Of a DNA stretch of 64,000 bases, positions 63,592 to 64,000 are shown piece after piece. The stretch is from Saccostrea cucullata (lineage: Eukaryota). The position numbers and the translations under genes were made by a program. The notes under the pieces were generated by a model. That model saw only the letters and a program-made list of their open reading frames with translations, searched no databases and was not told where the DNA came from. The first letter of the stretch is position 1. Each line of letters starts with the position of its first letter. The stretch spans positions 868,001 to 932,000 of the forward strand of contig NW_026940736.1 in assembly GCF_032062105.1 (NCBI RefSeq). The letters are read 5' to 3'.

Positions 63592-63901
63592 AACTTTCCT
63601 TGGCATTCACAAAAATACTAGTACACTTTGTATCTTAATTAATGCTTAAAAAATAAGTTTCTCTTTTACAAAATTTATATTATATTATCATTAATTAGTA
63701 ATGTTCCACATCTTAAAACATTACCTTACTTTTTAAAACTTCAATGAAGATTTAACATTGTGAATCCATCAATTTATATATCTCAAGTCACACCGATTGA
63801 AAGAATATAGGTACTTAATTGCTTTTACATTGCATAATAATTTCCTTTAAATTAGAGTAAAATGCATTTTCCAATAAGAAAAAAAATCACAAAAAATATA
63901 C

Positions 63902-63960
63902 CTGGGTCGAACTTTCATTAAAGCAGCAAGCAATTCATCCAAGCTTTCCACAAGTGTCAT
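63902..63960 (-). other. Candidate alternative first coding exon of EVI5 (MTLVESLDELLAALMKVRP-R)
   Basis: ATG with an in-frame TAA 12 nt upstream, 59 nt, AG|GT donor, phase 2, compatible with the acceptor at 56995. Confidence 0.45.
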
Positions 63961-64000
63961 CTTTTTCTTTTAATATAAATATCCCAACTCCTTTATCCAG

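Overview
AT-rich eukaryotic DNA, very probably from an oyster-like bivalve: it carries Cg170-type satellite/helentron repeats and bivalve-style MITEs. Ordinary genes are the 3' part of a ~16-finger C2H2 zinc-finger gene (+, 68-3160), an intronless RING/B-box/beta-propeller TRIM-like gene (-, 10395-11966) and the coiled-coil C-terminal half of EVI5 (-, 51717-56995). Between the last two lies a ~37 kb duplicated, transposon-rich block. (i) It holds a multi-exon gene family largely missed by the ORF track, which I rebuilt from splice sites: copy A 16028-23180 (~361 aa), copy B 32247-39026 (~520 aa) and a degenerate copy C 45231-48993. The protein carries two [DS]W-x3-VE(E) motifs resembling SLIP1/MIF4GD-binding motifs, and copies B and C each carry their own tandem-repeat expansions. 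(ii) A rearranged RING copy is joined in frame to a copy of the EVI5 last exon, separated only by one TAG. (iii) A complete 408-bp miniature LTR retrotransposon has tRNA-like Pol III genes in both LTRs (Helenus/TRIMp3 type), and its empty site is visible in the paralogue. (iv) Many nested MITEs, helentrons, a Tc1 relic and Penelope-like fragments are present. All gene models are manual and lack transcript evidence.
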